Notes: generated by a model from the letters alone, not told the origin. DNA of 64,000 bases from Bacteroidales bacterium (GCA_045132055.1 JBGURP010000012.1:87366-151365); one strand, 5' to 3'. Shown: positions 21,568-33,293, counted from the stretch's first letter. A program made the numbers and translations.

Positions 21568-23110
21568 TACTCTCCTCCTCCTTCACCCCATGTTCCTCTT
21601 GTACTTCATTCACCTCTTTCACCCCATGTACCCCTTGTACCACTTTCACCTCATTCATCCTCAGGTTTGTCAGCATGATCACGGCAAACGCACCCCAGAA
21701 AGGCAATGAGAGTTTGTCCGTATCCAAGAAATTGTTGAGGAATCCGTGCACGAAATAGGTAACCAAAGCTAACGTCATCATCAACGCAAAAAGTTTATCT
21801 GTCTTGTCTTTGCTGTGGTTATAAGTCCGTATGCCCGTGAAAAGACTCACGAACACAAGCGCGAGCACGGTGAGCAGGCCCGGAAATCCTGTTTCAGCGC
21901 ACGGGCCGATGTACTCGCTGTGCGCGTTGCCTCCGTCGCCAAAGTCTGTCGTGATGATGGTCTTGAACTGGCTCTTCTGGAAGGGTGCATAGACAAATTG
22001 GTACGTGCCCGGTCCCCAGCCCGTCAGCGGACGCTCGCGGATCATCCCGAAAGCGGAAGTCCAACGGTTCAAACGCTCCACATTGGAAGCATCCGTGCTG
22101 ATGTTGGAAATGGACTGCAACTGCTCCGTAAGATTGCCGGAAGCATCCTGACTGTTGCGGCTCATCTTGTAAAGGATGTCACTGGCAGAGAAATAGAGAA
22201 AAGTGCCGACAATCAGCAAGCCCGCCACCAGCCACGACAGCTTGATACGCAACTTCAACACAATCAGCACGCCGATAGCCACCACCAAGCTGATCCAAGC
22301 CGCACGGCTGAAAGAGAGATAAAATCCCATCAGCAGAATGGCTGTCAATATGGCATAGAAGATTTTCATTCCCTTGGTATTTTCGGGAAGGAAAAAGCAG
22401 CTGGCCGTGATGGGCAGGAAAAACGCCAGCACCGCACCGTATGCCGTGTGGTCGTTGTAAAACGGACTCATGATAAAATGTCCGTGAAAATCATCAAAAC
22501 CGGTGAGCGAGTGCTTGTAGGTAGTGATGAGCACCACGACGGCCAACGCCACCGCATAGCAGTTGAAATAGCGCACTGCCTTTCTTCTGTCATCTTTCAC
22601 AAATTGGATAAACATCCAATAGCAAGCGGTGGTAAACCAAATCTTGGACAGCCAGAATTTGATGGAAACCACGGGCAGCTCGCTAGTGATACAGGTGAGC
22701 AGCATCCATCCCAAATAGACAAAAATGGCAATGGATATCGGGTGTGATACAATCTTCGGATCCAAGCGCAAATCATAGATGATGCGGCACAAAAACAGGA
22801 ATGTCAGCGAAATCATGATGATTTCTGACGGCAACGACAGACCCAAGTGTATATTTTGGCTCGATAAGATAATGGAGAACGGGGTGCAAAATGCCATCAA
22901 GTACATGAGCAGATCCACCCAGAACATCAAAAGGTATATCAGAAAAGCTCCGCCTGTCAGTACAGGAATAATAGGCATTTCCTGTATGATGGCGTAAGCG
23001 TTGATCAGAACTATCAGAACGCAGGAGACTATGGAAAGCCACTGCTTCAAAGAGAGCCTACTCAACAGATTCTTCAGCTTTTCCGGAAGGCTTTTCTTCA
23101 ATTTTATCAA
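21560..23110 (-). CDS. O-antigen ligase/polymerase (Wzy_C) family membrane protein
   Basis: Multiple TM helices, SFSRAAW, ERLNRW, GWGPG, AHSEY, HGFLNN. Confidence 0.82.
   Translation of the reverse strand: MIKLKKSLPEKLKNLLSRLSLKQWLSIVSCVLIVLINAYAIIQEMPIIPVLTGGAFLIYLLMFWVDLLMYLMAFCTPFSIILSSQNIHLGLSLPSEIIMISLTFLFLCRIIYDLRLDPKIVSHPISIAIFVYLGWMLLTCITSELPVVSIKFWLSKIWFTTACYWMFIQFVKDDRRKAVRYFNCYAVALAVVVLITTYKHSLTGFDDFHGHFIMSPFYNDHTAYGAVLAFFLPITASCFFLPENTKGMKIFYAILTAILLMGFYLSFSRAAWISLVVAIGVLIVLKLRIKLSWLVAGLLIVGTFLYFSASDILYKMSRNSQDASGNLTEQLQSISNISTDASNVERLNRWTSAFGMIRERPLTGWGPGTYQFVYAPFQKSQFKTIITTDFGDGGNAHSEYIGPCAETGFPGLLTVLALVFVSLFTGIRTYNHSKDKTDKLFALMMTLALVTYFVHGFLNNFLDTDKLSLPFWGAFAVIMLTNLRMNEVKVVQGVHGVKEVNEVQEEHGVKEEESNA
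21582..21653. repeat. 9-bp degenerate tandem repeat, 8 units with a 36-bp superperiod
   Basis: ttcacccca tgttcctct tgtacttca ttcacctct / ttcacccca tgtacccct tgtaccact ttcacctca. Confidence 0.75.
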
Positions 23111-24086
23111 TCATTAAGAGAACAATGACAGAAAGAATCATAACCGACAGAGTCGAAATCAGCACGACGAGCGATTTCTTCGGATAACATTTCTTGTCGG
23201 CCACAATCGGACGTTCCACCACGAACTTCACAGGCATGGAGCCTTGCATATCGAGGCGTGCGTCCAACATTTTCTGCTTGCACAGAGCCTGATATTTGAG
23301 GAAAGTGTATTGCATGTTCTGCAGAGCGTCGAGACGGGGACCCCAGAGGCTCAGTTTCTCCTGCTCCTTGGCCAGCCGGCTGATGGCGGCAGCATTGCCC
23401 TGTGCCACAGCGATAGCATACTGCTGCATCACACGCTCGGACTGTACTTCCACATCGAAAACGCCGTTCTGCATGCAAATCTGGATGGAGTCGTCGATGC
23501 GACGCACTTCGCGGTCAATGGAATCCATCTGCTCGCAAAGAGCTTGGTAGGCTGCCACAGCACGCTCGCGCTCCGTACGGTTCTTGATGGTGTCCAGCAA
23601 CCGGAGAATGTCGTTGGTCATCTGACATGCCAACACCGGATCATGATCCTTCACGGAGATGGAAATCGCGCCGAAATTGGTACGCTTGACCTCAATCTCA
23701 CTCTTCATGACCTTCATAATCTTCGTGTACCAGCCCTTGGAATTGGTGTCAATGTCGTAATGCTCAGCCAGATTGTATTTCTGAATCAAGGAATCCTTGA
23801 TTTCACGGGCATCCAACAACTGCATCATCTGCTCGGTCTCTTCCTCCGAAGCATAGGCCTTGATATCCAGACGCTCATTGTAGTTCTCTTCGTTCAACAA
23901 AATCTTGGCCATGGAGTTGGTACGCGGGGCATAGATGACCGCCGTGGACTGATATTTAGGCTTGATGAGGAAAGAGCAGATGGCGGACACCACTATGGTA
24001 ACAACGCAAATTATCAGCAGCAACTTGCGTTTCGCCCAGACAAACTTCATCAGGCTAAAAGAATTGTATTGGTTGCTATTTTCCAT
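23058..24086 (-). CDS. Wzz/GumC-like polysaccharide chain-length determinant
   Basis: N-terminal TM followed by PKYQSTA, periplasmic coiled coil, Pro-rich P..A.KK.YPKKSL before the C-terminal TM. Confidence 0.8.
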   Translation of the reverse strand: MENSNQYNSFSLMKFVWAKRKLLLIICVVTIVVSAICSFLIKPKYQSTAVIYAPRTNSMAKILLNEENYNERLDIKAYASEEETEQMMQLLDAREIKDSLIQKYNLAEHYDIDTNSKGWYTKIMKVMKSEIEVKRTNFGAISISVKDHDPVLACQMTNDILRLLDTIKNRTERERAVAAYQALCEQMDSIDREVRRIDDSIQICMQNGVFDVEVQSERVMQQYAIAVAQGNAAAISRLAKEQEKLSLWGPRLDALQNMQYTFLKYQALCKQKMLDARLDMQGSMPVKFVVERPIVADKKCYPKKSLVVLISTLSVMILSVIVLLMIDKIEEKPSGKAEESVE

Positions 24087-25836
24087 TAACAGAAGATTTT
24101 AATTGAATGTTTAATTCGTCTAACTGCGCCGGATTGATAGGCGTAGGCGCGGGCAACATCGTGTCGCGACCGGCGTTGTTCTTCGGGAAGGCGATGAAGT
24201 CGCGAATCGTGTCGCAGTCGGACAGTACCGCGCACATACGGTCGAAACCGAATGCGATGCCACCATGAGGCGGAGCACCGTATTTGAAGGCATCGATCAG
24301 GAAGCCGAATTGGCTTTGTGCCTGCTCGTCTGTGAAGTTCAAAGCCTTGAACATGCGCTTCTGCAATTCGGGATTGTGGATACGGATGGAACCACCGCCA
24401 ATCTCGGAACCGTTGATCACCAAATCGTAGGCATTGGCATTCACTGCGCCAGGGTTGCTTTCCAACATGCTCTCATGCTCGGGCTTAGGAGCCGTGAACG
24501 GATGGTGCATAGCGTAGAAACGTTGCGTCTCTTCGTCCCACTCCAACAACGGGAAATCTACCACCCACAGCACTTTGTACTCGCCAGCCTTGCGCAGGCC
24601 CAGACGGTTACCCATCTCCAGACGGAGCACGCCGAGCTGTGTGCGGGTCTTCATGGCCTTGCCGGACATGATGAGAATCAAGTCGCCGGGCTTGGCTTCG
24701 CAACGTTCAGCCACAGCTTTCAGATCGTTTTGGTCGTAGAACTTATCCACAGAAGATTTGAATGTGCCGTCGGCGTTACAGAGAATATAGACCAATCCGC
24801 CGGCACCCACCTGCGGGCTCTTCACGAATTCCACCAAACCGTCGAGCTGCTTGCGGGAATAGTTGCCGCAACCATCCACCTTAATACCGGCCACTAATTC
24901 AGCCTCGTTGAAGACCTTGAAATCTTTGTGTTGCAACAGGTCGTTGAGCTCCACAAAGCGCATTCCGAAACGGGCATCGGGCTTGTCGGAACCGTAATAC
25001 TTCATGGCATCAGCCCAAGTAATGCGTTCCACGGTATCTAATTCTATATTCTTGAAAGTCTTGAAGATATGTTTTACCAAACCTTCAAAGATGTTGAGAA
25101 TGTCTTCTTGTTCGATGAAGGACATCTCGCAGTCAATCTGCGTGAATTCCGGCTGGCGGTCGGCGCGGAGGTCCTCATCGCGGAAGCAGCGCACAATCTG
25201 GAAATAGCGGTCCATGCCGGCAATCATCAACAGCTGTTTCAATGTTTGCGGTGATTGCGGCAGGGCGTAGAATTCGCCTTGGTTCATACGCGAAGGCACC
25301 AAGAAATCGCGTGCGCCCTCCGGCGTGCTGTTCACGAGGAACGGCGTCTCAATCTCCAAGAAACCGTGCTCGCTCAAATATTTGCGGATTTCCAGACCCA
25401 GCTTGTGGCGGAAAATCAAGTTGTTCTTCACAGGGTTGCGACGGATGTCCAGATAACGGTACTTCATACGCAACTCATCGCCACCGTCGGACACGTCCTC
25501 AATGGTGAACGGAGGCACGGCAGATTCGTTGAGCACGTTGACGTTGGTTACGTCAATCTCGATGTCACCCGTAGGGATATTTTTGTTTTTGCTGTAACGC
25601 TCAATCACGGTGCCGGTCACCTGGATGACCCACTCGCGGCCCATCTTCTCCACCTTTTCGCAGAGCTCGGGCCGTTGTTCGTGGTTGAATGCTAACTGCG
25701 TGATGCCGTAACGATCGCGCAAATCAATGAAAATCATGCCACCCAAATGGCGCAGTTTCTGAATCCATCCGCACAGTGTGACTGTTTGGGAAACGTTGGC
25801 GATAGTGAGTTCGCCGCAATTATGTGTTCTTAACAT
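24076..25836 (-). CDS. aspS: aspartate--tRNA ligase
   Basis: [50 protein letters not shown]. Confidence 0.98.
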   Translation of the reverse strand: MLRTHNCGELTIANVSQTVTLCGWIQKLRHLGGMIFIDLRDRYGITQLAFNHEQRPELCEKVEKMGREWVIQVTGTVIERYSKNKNIPTGDIEIDVTNVNVLNESAVPPFTIEDVSDGGDELRMKYRYLDIRRNPVKNNLIFRHKLGLEIRKYLSEHGFLEIETPFLVNSTPEGARDFLVPSRMNQGEFYALPQSPQTLKQLLMIAGMDRYFQIVRCFRDEDLRADRQPEFTQIDCEMSFIEQEDILNIFEGLVKHIFKTFKNIELDTVERITWADAMKYYGSDKPDARFGMRFVELNDLLQHKDFKVFNEAELVAGIKVDGCGNYSRKQLDGLVEFVKSPQVGAGGLVYILCNADGTFKSSVDKFYDQNDLKAVAERCEAKPGDLILIMSGKAMKTRTQLGVLRLEMGNRLGLRKAGEYKVLWVVDFPLLEWDEETQRFYAMHHPFTAPKPEHESMLESNPGAVNANAYDLVINGSEIGGGSIRIHNPELQKRMFKALNFTDEQAQSQFGFLIDAFKYGAPPHGGIAFGFDRMCAVLSDCDTIRDFIAFPKNNAGRDTMLPAPTPINPAQLDELNIQLKSSVNGK

Positions 25837-25859
25837 TATACTTATATTTTAAAGAGGCG

Positions 25860-25867
25860 CAAAAATA
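25860..25867 (-). promoter_or_regulatory. -7 promoter box of the aspS operon
   Basis: TATTTTTG followed by CGC on the minus strand, about 25 nt upstream of the ATG. Confidence 0.6.
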
Positions 25868-25884
25868 CTAAAAATAGCAATATG

Positions 25885-26016
25885 CCAAGATGCTGACAAC
25901 AAGACACAGGTAACCGGTTCGAAAATAAAATGAGTAATTGCCAAATAAAAAAGGTGGGAAATGTGTTGTCATGGATGAAAATAGGTGGGACTGCTCGGTT
26001 ACCTGTTCACGAAACA
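25885..26016 (-). ncRNA. candidate small RNA or structured leader (ends approximate)
   Basis: Its own TATTTTTG box at 26022-26029; 11-bp perfect long-range stem 25906-25916/25996-26006; two TCCCACCT copies inside. Confidence 0.4.
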
Positions 26017-26134
26017 CGCGGCAAAAATAACAAAAATTTAAATAACCACACACTTTTCATAAAAAATTTTTAAAATTTTATTAACAATATGAAGCCCGAA
26101 AAAATAGTACCTTTGCAGCCTCAAAAGAGACAAG

Positions 26135-28498
26135 ATGACCCCCGAAGAAAAGATATTATCAGAATTGAACGATCAGCAGCAAATAGCTGTGAAACAGGTT
26201 GATGGGCCCGTAATGGTAATAGCGGGTGCAGGTTCCGGCAAGACCCGTGTGCTGACCTACCGCATCGCTTACATGTTAGCGCGCGGCGTGAACCCGTACC
26301 GTATTTTGGCCTTGACGTTTACCAACAAGGCCGCCGCCGAGATGCGCGCCCGTATCGTCAACCTCGTGGGTGGCGACGTGGCCAAGGCCGTGACCATGGG
26401 CACCTTCCACTCCGTATTCTACCGCATACTCCGCGCCGAAGCCGACAAATTGGGCTATACGCACAACGTTACGGTTTACGACACCGACGACTCCAAGTCC
26501 CTGATCAAGAACATCGTCAAGGACATGAACCTGGACCCGAAAATCTACGCGCCCAACTACGTGCTCAACCGCATCTCCATGGCCAAGTCCAATCTGCTGT
26601 CTGCGCAAGAATATGCAGAAAACGGGGAAATCATAGCCGCCGACCGCACCGCGGGCAAACCCAGAATTGCTGAAATTTTCTCCGCCTACAACATCCGCCT
26701 GAAAAACGCGGACGCCATGGACTTCGACGACCTCCTGTATTACATGAACGTCCTTCTTCGCGACTTTCCCGACATGCTGTACAAATACCAGAACCGCTAC
26801 AATTACATTCTGGTGGATGAGTATCAGGACACTAACTTCGCCCAGTATCTCATCGTGAAAAAGCTGGCGGCCACCAACCAGAACATCTGCGTGGTGGGCG
26901 ACGACGCGCAGAGCATCTACGCCTTCCGCGGCGCGAACATCCAGAATATCCTCAATTTCCGCCGCGACTACCCCAACGCCAAGATATTCAAACTGGAGCA
27001 GAATTACCGCTCCACCCAAAATATCGTGAACGCCGCCAACGCCATCATCAAGTACAACAAAGACCAGATGCCGAAAGAGGTGTGGACCGACAATGAAGTG
27101 GGCTCGAAGATAAACCTCATCCGGGCCGGCAGCGACAACGACGAGGCCCACGCAGTGGCCAGCGCCATCTTCGAGACCAAGATGAACCAACACGCCGCCA
27201 ACCGGCAGTTCGCCATCCTCTACCGAACCAACATTCAGTCCAGAACGCTGGAAGAGGCCATGGTGAAACGGCACATACCCTACAAAATCTACGGCGGGCT
27301 TTCATTCTACAAGCGCAAGGAAATCAAAGACGTATTGGCTTATTTCCGGCTGACTATCAATCATTTCGACGAGGAGTCGCTGCGCCGTGTTATCAACTAT
27401 CCTATGCGCGGCATCGGTGACACCACCGTATCCCGCATCGCCGCTGCTGCTAACGAAAGCGGTGCACATTTTTGGGATGTTGTGAGTGAGCCTCAACTGT
27501 TCAATTTAGGCGTCAACGGCCCCACGATGAACCGGTTGGTGGAGTTTGCCGATATGATCAAAGGCTTCACTGCCCAATTGCAAACCACAGACGCTTACGA
27601 ATTAGGCAAACAGATTGTCATCAAAACGGGCATCGCCAAGATTCTGAAAGAAAACACGGACGAGAAAGAGCGTGTGGATCATGTGGAGGAACTTTTGGAT
27701 GCCATGAAAGGCTTCACTGAAAAGGAGCCTGAAAGCAATTTCGACGAGGCCACCGGCGAAATCATAGACCATTACTTCCCCTCTTTGGACCACTTCATGG
27801 AATCCATCGCGCTGCTGAGCGACGAAGAAGAGAACAATGCAGGTGAAGAAGAGGACGTGGTGAAGCTGATGACCATCCACTCCGCCAAAGGCTTGGAGTT
27901 CGACTACGTGTTCATCACGGGTTTGGAAGAGAACCTTTTCCCGTCATCCTTATGTGTCAACTCACGCCAGGAGATGGAAGAGGAGCGCCGCTTGTTCTAC
28001 GTGGCGCTCACGCGGGCGCGCAAGCAGGTGACCCTCACGTGCGCACAAACGCGCTACCGATTCGGCTCACTGCAATTTTGTGAGGACAGCCGTTTCCTGG
28101 AAGAAATTCCTGACAAGTTCCTGAATATGAGCCATAAAGCATCAGAAGGACAAGGCACTTTCTCGCGCCGGAGCGAAGAGCCGTGGGCGGCAAAATCGGG
28201 ATTCGGTTTCCGCCGGCAGTCGGAGAGTACGCCACGCACTACCTCGTCTTATCGCACGCCCACCGCGCCGAAGCCACAAGTGAAAACCCAGTCGGATGTG
28301 CGCCTTGACCAGATTGGCTCACTCGCCGCTTTCGACCAGATTGTGCCCGGATTGCGCGTGTATCATGGCAAATTCGGCTTCGGAAAGGTAATCTCTCTGG
28401 AAGGCGCAGGCCCCGACGCCAAAGCACAAGTCGCCTTCGACACCGTGGGCACCAAAACCCTGCTCCTGAAATTCGCTAAGTTAGTCATTCCTAATTAA
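26135..28498 (+). CDS. pcrA: ATP-dependent DNA helicase PcrA/UvrD
   Basis: AGAGSGKT, DEYQD, VGDDAQSIY, QNYRS, MTIHSAKGLEF, EERRLFYVA, C-terminal Tudor-like domain; TACCTTTG box at 26108. Confidence 0.92.
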   Translation: MTPEEKILSELNDQQQIAVKQVDGPVMVIAGAGSGKTRVLTYRIAYMLARGVNPYRILALTFTNKAAAEMRARIVNLVGGDVAKAVTMGTFHSVFYRILRAEADKLGYTHNVTVYDTDDSKSLIKNIVKDMNLDPKIYAPNYVLNRISMAKSNLLSAQEYAENGEIIAADRTAGKPRIAEIFSAYNIRLKNADAMDFDDLLYYMNVLLRDFPDMLYKYQNRYNYILVDEYQDTNFAQYLIVKKLAATNQNICVVGDDAQSIYAFRGANIQNILNFRRDYPNAKIFKLEQNYRSTQNIVNAANAIIKYNKDQMPKEVWTDNEVGSKINLIRAGSDNDEAHAVASAIFETKMNQHAANRQFAILYRTNIQSRTLEEAMVKRHIPYKIYGGLSFYKRKEIKDVLAYFRLTINHFDEESLRRVINYPMRGIGDTTVSRIAAAANESGAHFWDVVSEPQLFNLGVNGPTMNRLVEFADMIKGFTAQLQTTDAYELGKQIVIKTGIAKILKENTDEKERVDHVEELLDAMKGFTEKEPESNFDEATGEIIDHYFPSLDHFMESIALLSDEEENNAGEEEDVVKLMTIHSAKGLEFDYVFITGLEENLFPSSLCVNSRQEMEEERRLFYVALTRARKQVTLTCAQTRYRFGSLQFCEDSRFLEEIPDKFLNMSHKASEGQGTFSRRSEEPWAAKSGFGFRRQSESTPRTTSSYRTPTAPKPQVKTQSDVRLDQIGSLAAFDQIVPGLRVYHGKFGFGKVISLEGAGPDAKAQVAFDTVGTKTLLLKFAKLVIPN

Positions 28499-28506
28499 TT
28501 CGCAAT

Positions 28507-29373
28507 ATGTTATTCAGAACCAATATCCCTGCTCCCCAGTTTCCGTTCAAGATTGGATTCGACGACCGCATCATGCTGCTCGGTTCCTGCTTCTCGGACA
28601 ATATCGGCAGCTACTTTGACCGGCATCGCTTCCAGGTGTGCTCCAACCCCTTCGGCGTGCTGTTCAACCCCGTGTCCATCGATCACTCCCTCCGCATCCT
28701 CATGGATCCGGAGACCTTCGACAAGGACCGTTATTTTTACCGCAACCGCGACTTATGGGTGAGCTTTGCCCATCACGGACGTTTTTCGCGCGAGAACTTT
28801 GATGTTTTCGAGAAAAATATCGATGACCAATTGGCTTACGCCTCCGATTTCCTGACTCGTACCGATTACCTGTTTGTGACCTTCGGCACCGCGTTCTGTT
28901 ACAAGTTCATTCCCCGCGACCTGATTGTCTCCAACTGCCACAAGATCCCCAATTTCAAGTTCGACCGTATCCGCTTGGATGTCAAGAAGATCGTGTCGTT
29001 ATGGAACACCACTTTGCAGAAACTGAAAGAGGTGCGTCCTGACATGAAAATCATCTTCACGGTGAGCCCGGTGCGGCACGCCGGCGAGGGCATGCACGAA
29101 AACACCCTCAGCAAGTCCGTGCTCCTGCTGGCTGTGGAAAAACTGGTGGACAACGAGACCACTTTCTACTTTCCGGCATACGAATATCTCATCGACGACC
29201 TGCGCGATTACCGCTTCTATGCCAAAGACTTATGTCATCCCAACGACCTGGCGGTGGAGTATCTGGAAGAGAAGGTTTCCGAGTCATTTTTCACAGTGGA
29301 AACCCAAGACAAGGTGCGACTGATCCGACAGGAAAACAAATTCCTCAACCACCAGCGTTTCAGACGCGACTAA
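28507..29373 (+). CDS. GSCFA-domain protein (SGNH-like)
   Basis: GSCFS, NPFG.LFNP, TVSPVRH, DDLRDYRFY..D..HP. Confidence 0.9.
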   Translation: MLFRTNIPAPQFPFKIGFDDRIMLLGSCFSDNIGSYFDRHRFQVCSNPFGVLFNPVSIDHSLRILMDPETFDKDRYFYRNRDLWVSFAHHGRFSRENFDVFEKNIDDQLAYASDFLTRTDYLFVTFGTAFCYKFIPRDLIVSNCHKIPNFKFDRIRLDVKKIVSLWNTTLQKLKEVRPDMKIIFTVSPVRHAGEGMHENTLSKSVLLLAVEKLVDNETTFYFPAYEYLIDDLRDYRFYAKDLCHPNDLAVEYLEEKVSESFFTVETQDKVRLIRQENKFLNHQRFRRD

Positions 29374-29450
29374 TTCGGTGATTTTTTGTTCGTTTGCCTC
29401 TTGACAAACAATAATTTTTGTTGTACTTTTGCCAGCCCAAATATTGTACA

Positions 29451-30524
29451 ATGAAATTATCCGAATTTAAGTATTATCTGCCTCAGGATCTGATTGCTTT
29501 ACATCCTACGGAGGAGCGCGATGAGGCACGTTTGATGGTGCTCGATCGCAAGACCAAAACCATTGAGCACAAATTATTCAAAAATGTCATTGATTATTTT
29601 GACGAAGGCGACTTGTTCGTGATGAACAACACGCGCGTGTTCCCGGCTCTGCTGTATGGCGAAAAGGAACAGACCCGCGCCAAGATTCGCGTCTTTTTGC
29701 TCCGTGAGCTCGACGAGGAGAGCCGTCTTTGGGACGTGCTCGTGGATCCTGCCCGCAAAATCCGTATTGGCAACAAGCTCTGCTTCTGCGAGGACGACAG
29801 CCTTGTGGCCGAGGTTATCGACAACACCACTTCCCGCGGACGTACGCTCCGCTTCCTGTTCGATGGCGACCATGACGCATTCAAGAAAAAGCTGATGGAC
29901 TTGGGTACGACTCCGCTGCCGGAAGACATCCAGCGTTTGCGCGAGATTGTGCCTGAGGATGAGCAAGATTATCAGACCATTTACGCTACCGAAGAGGGCG
30001 CGGTAGTGGCTCCGGCGGCCGGTTTCCACTTCAGCCGCGAACTCCTCAAACGTATGGAATTGAAGGGCATCGAACGCACGTACGTGACGCTGCACGCAGG
30101 TTTGAGCAACTTCAACGACATTGACGTGGAAGACCTCTCCAAGCACAAACCCGACTCCGAGCGCATGATCATCCGCGCCGATGTCGCCGACACCATCAAC
30201 CAGGCAAAAGACGAAGGCCACAAGATTGTGATGGTGGGCACCACCACAACCAAGGCTCTGGAATCTTCCGTCTATGCCAACGGCCACGTGAAGACCACAC
30301 AGATGAACGGCAAGGAGGATGCGTGGACCAACAAGTTCATCTATCCGCCTTATCGTTTCATGGTGGGCGATGCCATGATCACCAACTTCCACGCCTCCCA
30401 GAGCTCCATGCTCATGATGGTGGCAGCCTTCGGCGGCTACGATTTCGTGATGCGCGCTTACAAAGAGGCCGTGGCCGAGAAATACAGATTCCTCACCTAC
30501 GGTGACGCAATGTTGATTATTTAA
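29451..30524 (+). CDS. queA: S-adenosylmethionine:tRNA ribosyltransferase-isomerase
   Basis: [43 protein letters not shown]; TACTTTTG box at 29424. Confidence 0.9.
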   Translation: MKLSEFKYYLPQDLIALHPTEERDEARLMVLDRKTKTIEHKLFKNVIDYFDEGDLFVMNNTRVFPALLYGEKEQTRAKIRVFLLRELDEESRLWDVLVDPARKIRIGNKLCFCEDDSLVAEVIDNTTSRGRTLRFLFDGDHDAFKKKLMDLGTTPLPEDIQRLREIVPEDEQDYQTIYATEEGAVVAPAAGFHFSRELLKRMELKGIERTYVTLHAGLSNFNDIDVEDLSKHKPDSERMIIRADVADTINQAKDEGHKIVMVGTTTTKALESSVYANGHVKTTQMNGKEDAWTNKFIYPPYRFMVGDAMITNFHASQSSMLMMVAAFGGYDFVMRAYKEAVAEKYRFLTYGDAMLII

Positions 30525-30547
30525 CTTTTATTAAAATACTTCCCACT

Positions 30548-31579
30548 ATGGCAAAATCATACGAAGCAGCAGGCGTTCGTCTGGAAGCCGGATACGAGTC
30601 CGTGCGCCTCATTAAAAAACACATCTCCCGCACCAACCGTCCGGGTATGATGGGCAACATCGGCAGTTTTGGCGGCATGTTCGACCTGGCCTCCCTGAAC
30701 TACAAGGAGCCCGTTTTGGTGAGCGGAACTGACGGTGTCGGCACCAAACTGAAAATCGCTTTCATGATGGACAAGCACGATACCATCGGTCAGGACGCCG
30801 TGGCCATGTGCGTGAACGACGTGCTCGCACAGGGTGCCGCGCCGCTGTTTTTCCTGGATTACATTGCCGTGGGCAAGAACGAACCTGCTAAGATTGAGCA
30901 GATTGTGAAGGGCGTGGCCGACGGCTGCGTGCTCTCCAACTGCGCCTTAATCGGCGGCGAAACGGCAGAAATGCCCGACATGTACGACGAAGACGAATAT
31001 GACATCGCCGGTTTCACAGTGGGCGCCGTGGAGAAATCCAAACTCATCGACGGCAGCCAAGTCAAGGTCGGCGATCTGCTCATCGGCCTCGCCTCCTCCG
31101 GCGTGCACTCCAACGGATTCTCCCTGGTCCGCAAAATCGTCTTTAAAGACAACCATCTGGACCTCAACAAGCAATATGAAGGCTTGCCCGACACGTTGGG
31201 CAACGTGCTCCTCACCCCTACCCGCATCTACGTGCGTCCGGTGTTAGAGGTGTTAAAAAAAGTCAACATCCATGCCATCTGCCACATCACCGGCGGTGGC
31301 TTCGATGAGAACATCCCGCGCGTGCTGCAAGAAGGTCAAGGCATCTACGTGGAGGAAGGCACTTGGGATATGCCTGCCATCTTCCCGTTCCTCGAGAAAT
31401 ACGGCAAGGTGGAACACCGCGAAATGTTCAACATCTTCAACATGGGTATCGGTATGGTGCTCGTGGTGGATCCCAAAGACCGTGAGGAAGTGCTCAGCAT
31501 GTTCACCGAGCTCGGCGAGAAAGCCTTCGTCATCGGCAAGGTGACCGACAAAGAGGGTGTCGATATTAAACTTCTGTAA
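30548..31579 (+). CDS. purM: phosphoribosylformylglycinamidine cyclo-ligase (AIR synthase)
   Basis: [45 protein letters not shown]. Confidence 0.96.
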   Translation: MAKSYEAAGVRLEAGYESVRLIKKHISRTNRPGMMGNIGSFGGMFDLASLNYKEPVLVSGTDGVGTKLKIAFMMDKHDTIGQDAVAMCVNDVLAQGAAPLFFLDYIAVGKNEPAKIEQIVKGVADGCVLSNCALIGGETAEMPDMYDEDEYDIAGFTVGAVEKSKLIDGSQVKVGDLLIGLASSGVHSNGFSLVRKIVFKDNHLDLNKQYEGLPDTLGNVLLTPTRIYVRPVLEVLKKVNIHAICHITGGGFDENIPRVLQEGQGIYVEEGTWDMPAIFPFLEKYGKVEHREMFNIFNMGIGMVLVVDPKDREEVLSMFTELGEKAFVIGKVTDKEGVDIKLL

Positions 31580-31581
31580 TC

Positions 31582-32370
31582 ATGAAACGGCTGATTATCC
31601 TGGCTCTCTGCCTCGCATGCAGTCTGATGGCTGTGGCCCAACAAGAAAACGACAATCCAAAAGTCAAAGTGGGCGTGCGCGTGGGCGGAGTGGGATCTTG
31701 TTTTATCGTCCCTCAAAATGAAGTCATCTGCCTCAATCCGCAAAACAGCAAGCCAAAACGCCCCATGAAAATCGGTCTTACGGCTGGTGTAACAGTGGAT
31801 ATCCCTATTTCCCAAAAATTGAATTTGCAGACAGGGCTGATGTATTCATTGCAACGTGCGGGTGAGAAGGATCAGTGTATCTATAACATCGGCGACACGA
31901 ACTATTCTGTCGATTCCAGAATCACGTACAAGTCTCACCATATCAAGTTGCCGTTGATGATCATGTTCCAAGGCTCAAACAAACCTAATCATTTTGTTGC
32001 TGGCGTGGGCGTGTTCGCTGATGTGGCCTTGGGAGGAAAACTCCGGTATGATGCTTCCGCCGTACTTACCCCGGGTGGCAAATATCTGATTGAAGGAGAT
32101 TTGAATCCATACAACAAGGAAAACCAATATTTGAGATATCGTTTGAATGATGATGATTTCTGGTACAAACACACCCTTGGGTATGGAAGCCTGTTCAAAC
32201 GGTTCAATTTCGGCGTATCAGCGGAAATCGGATACCAGATTTCCAAGGTTTACTTGGGCGCGCACATTGACTTCGGCGTGCTCAACATGGCCCGTCAGGA
32301 AATGTGCGGCGAGAATTACAGACAACGTCCGCTGGATGTGCAGGTGTTAATAGGATACAATATCAATTAA
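31582..32370 (+). CDS. outer-membrane beta-barrel (porin/PorT-like family) protein
   Basis: Signal peptide, GVRVG, amphipathic strands, IKLPL, terminal IGYNIN. Confidence 0.7.
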   Translation: MKRLIILALCLACSLMAVAQQENDNPKVKVGVRVGGVGSCFIVPQNEVICLNPQNSKPKRPMKIGLTAGVTVDIPISQKLNLQTGLMYSLQRAGEKDQCIYNIGDTNYSVDSRITYKSHHIKLPLMIMFQGSNKPNHFVAGVGVFADVALGGKLRYDASAVLTPGGKYLIEGDLNPYNKENQYLRYRLNDDDFWYKHTLGYGSLFKRFNFGVSAEIGYQISKVYLGAHIDFGVLNMARQEMCGENYRQRPLDVQVLIGYNIN

Positions 32371-32372
32371 GT

Positions 32373-33215
32373 ATGAAATACATAGGACCGCATGTCAGTG
32401 CCACCGGCGGAGTGGAAAACGCCCCGTTGAACGCGATGGCCGTCGGTGCAAATGCCTTCGCACTGTTCACCAAGAATCAACGACAGTGGGTTTCCGCACC
32501 GCTTACCCAGAAATCCATTGTCGCGTTCAAAGCCCATTGCGAGAAAGCCGGCATCACACCCGACTTCATCCTGCCTCACGACAGTTATCTCATCAACCTC
32601 GGACAGCCGGAAGAGGAGGCATTGCAGAAATCGCGCAACTCCTTCTTTGATGAAATGAAACGTTGCGAACAGTTGGGATTGAAGATGCTTAACTTCCATC
32701 CAGGCAGCCATCTCAACAAGATTTCGCTCGAAGAGTGCCTCCGGCGCATTGCGGAGAGCATCAACATGGCACTGGACCAGACGCACGGCGTGACGGCTGT
32801 AATCGAAAACACTGCCGGACAAGGCTCCAACGTGGGCTTCAGCTTTCAACATATCTCCTATATCATTGAAAAAGTGGAAGACAAAAGCCGCGTGGGCGTT
32901 TGTATCGACACTTGCCACACCTACTCCGCTGGCTATGATTTGAAGACGGAAGAGGGCTACAAACATACGTGGAAAGAGTTTGATGAAACCATCGGCGGCC
33001 AATACTTGCGTGCTATCCACCTCAACGATACCAAGAAACCTTTCGCCTCACGCGTGGACCGTCACGACAGCATCGGCAAGGGACTGTTAGGCATGGAGTT
33101 TTTCCAGCGCTTTATGCGCGACCCGCGATTCGACAACATGCCACTTATCCTGGAAACGCCCGATGAAACCCTGTGGGCAGAGGAGATAAAACTACTGCAT
33201 TCGCTTGAAAATTAG
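32373..33215 (+). CDS. nfo: endonuclease IV
   Basis: [37 protein letters not shown]; start taken at MKYIGPH. Confidence 0.96.
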   Translation: MKYIGPHVSATGGVENAPLNAMAVGANAFALFTKNQRQWVSAPLTQKSIVAFKAHCEKAGITPDFILPHDSYLINLGQPEEEALQKSRNSFFDEMKRCEQLGLKMLNFHPGSHLNKISLEECLRRIAESINMALDQTHGVTAVIENTAGQGSNVGFSFQHISYIIEKVEDKSRVGVCIDTCHTYSAGYDLKTEEGYKHTWKEFDETIGGQYLRAIHLNDTKKPFASRVDRHDSIGKGLLGMEFFQRFMRDPRFDNMPLILETPDETLWAEEIKLLHSLEN

Positions 33216-33293
33216 AAAAATACAACAATATTGATTTTTTTAAGGCTCCATTTGAAAAAAATTGTATTTTTGCAGCCTCAAAAAACACCTAAT

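Noticed and set aside
25868-26053. 61-aa minus-strand ORF in the aspS-pcrA spacer
   Set aside because: Non-ATG start lies upstream of the -7 box and it has no protein features; RNA structure explains the region better
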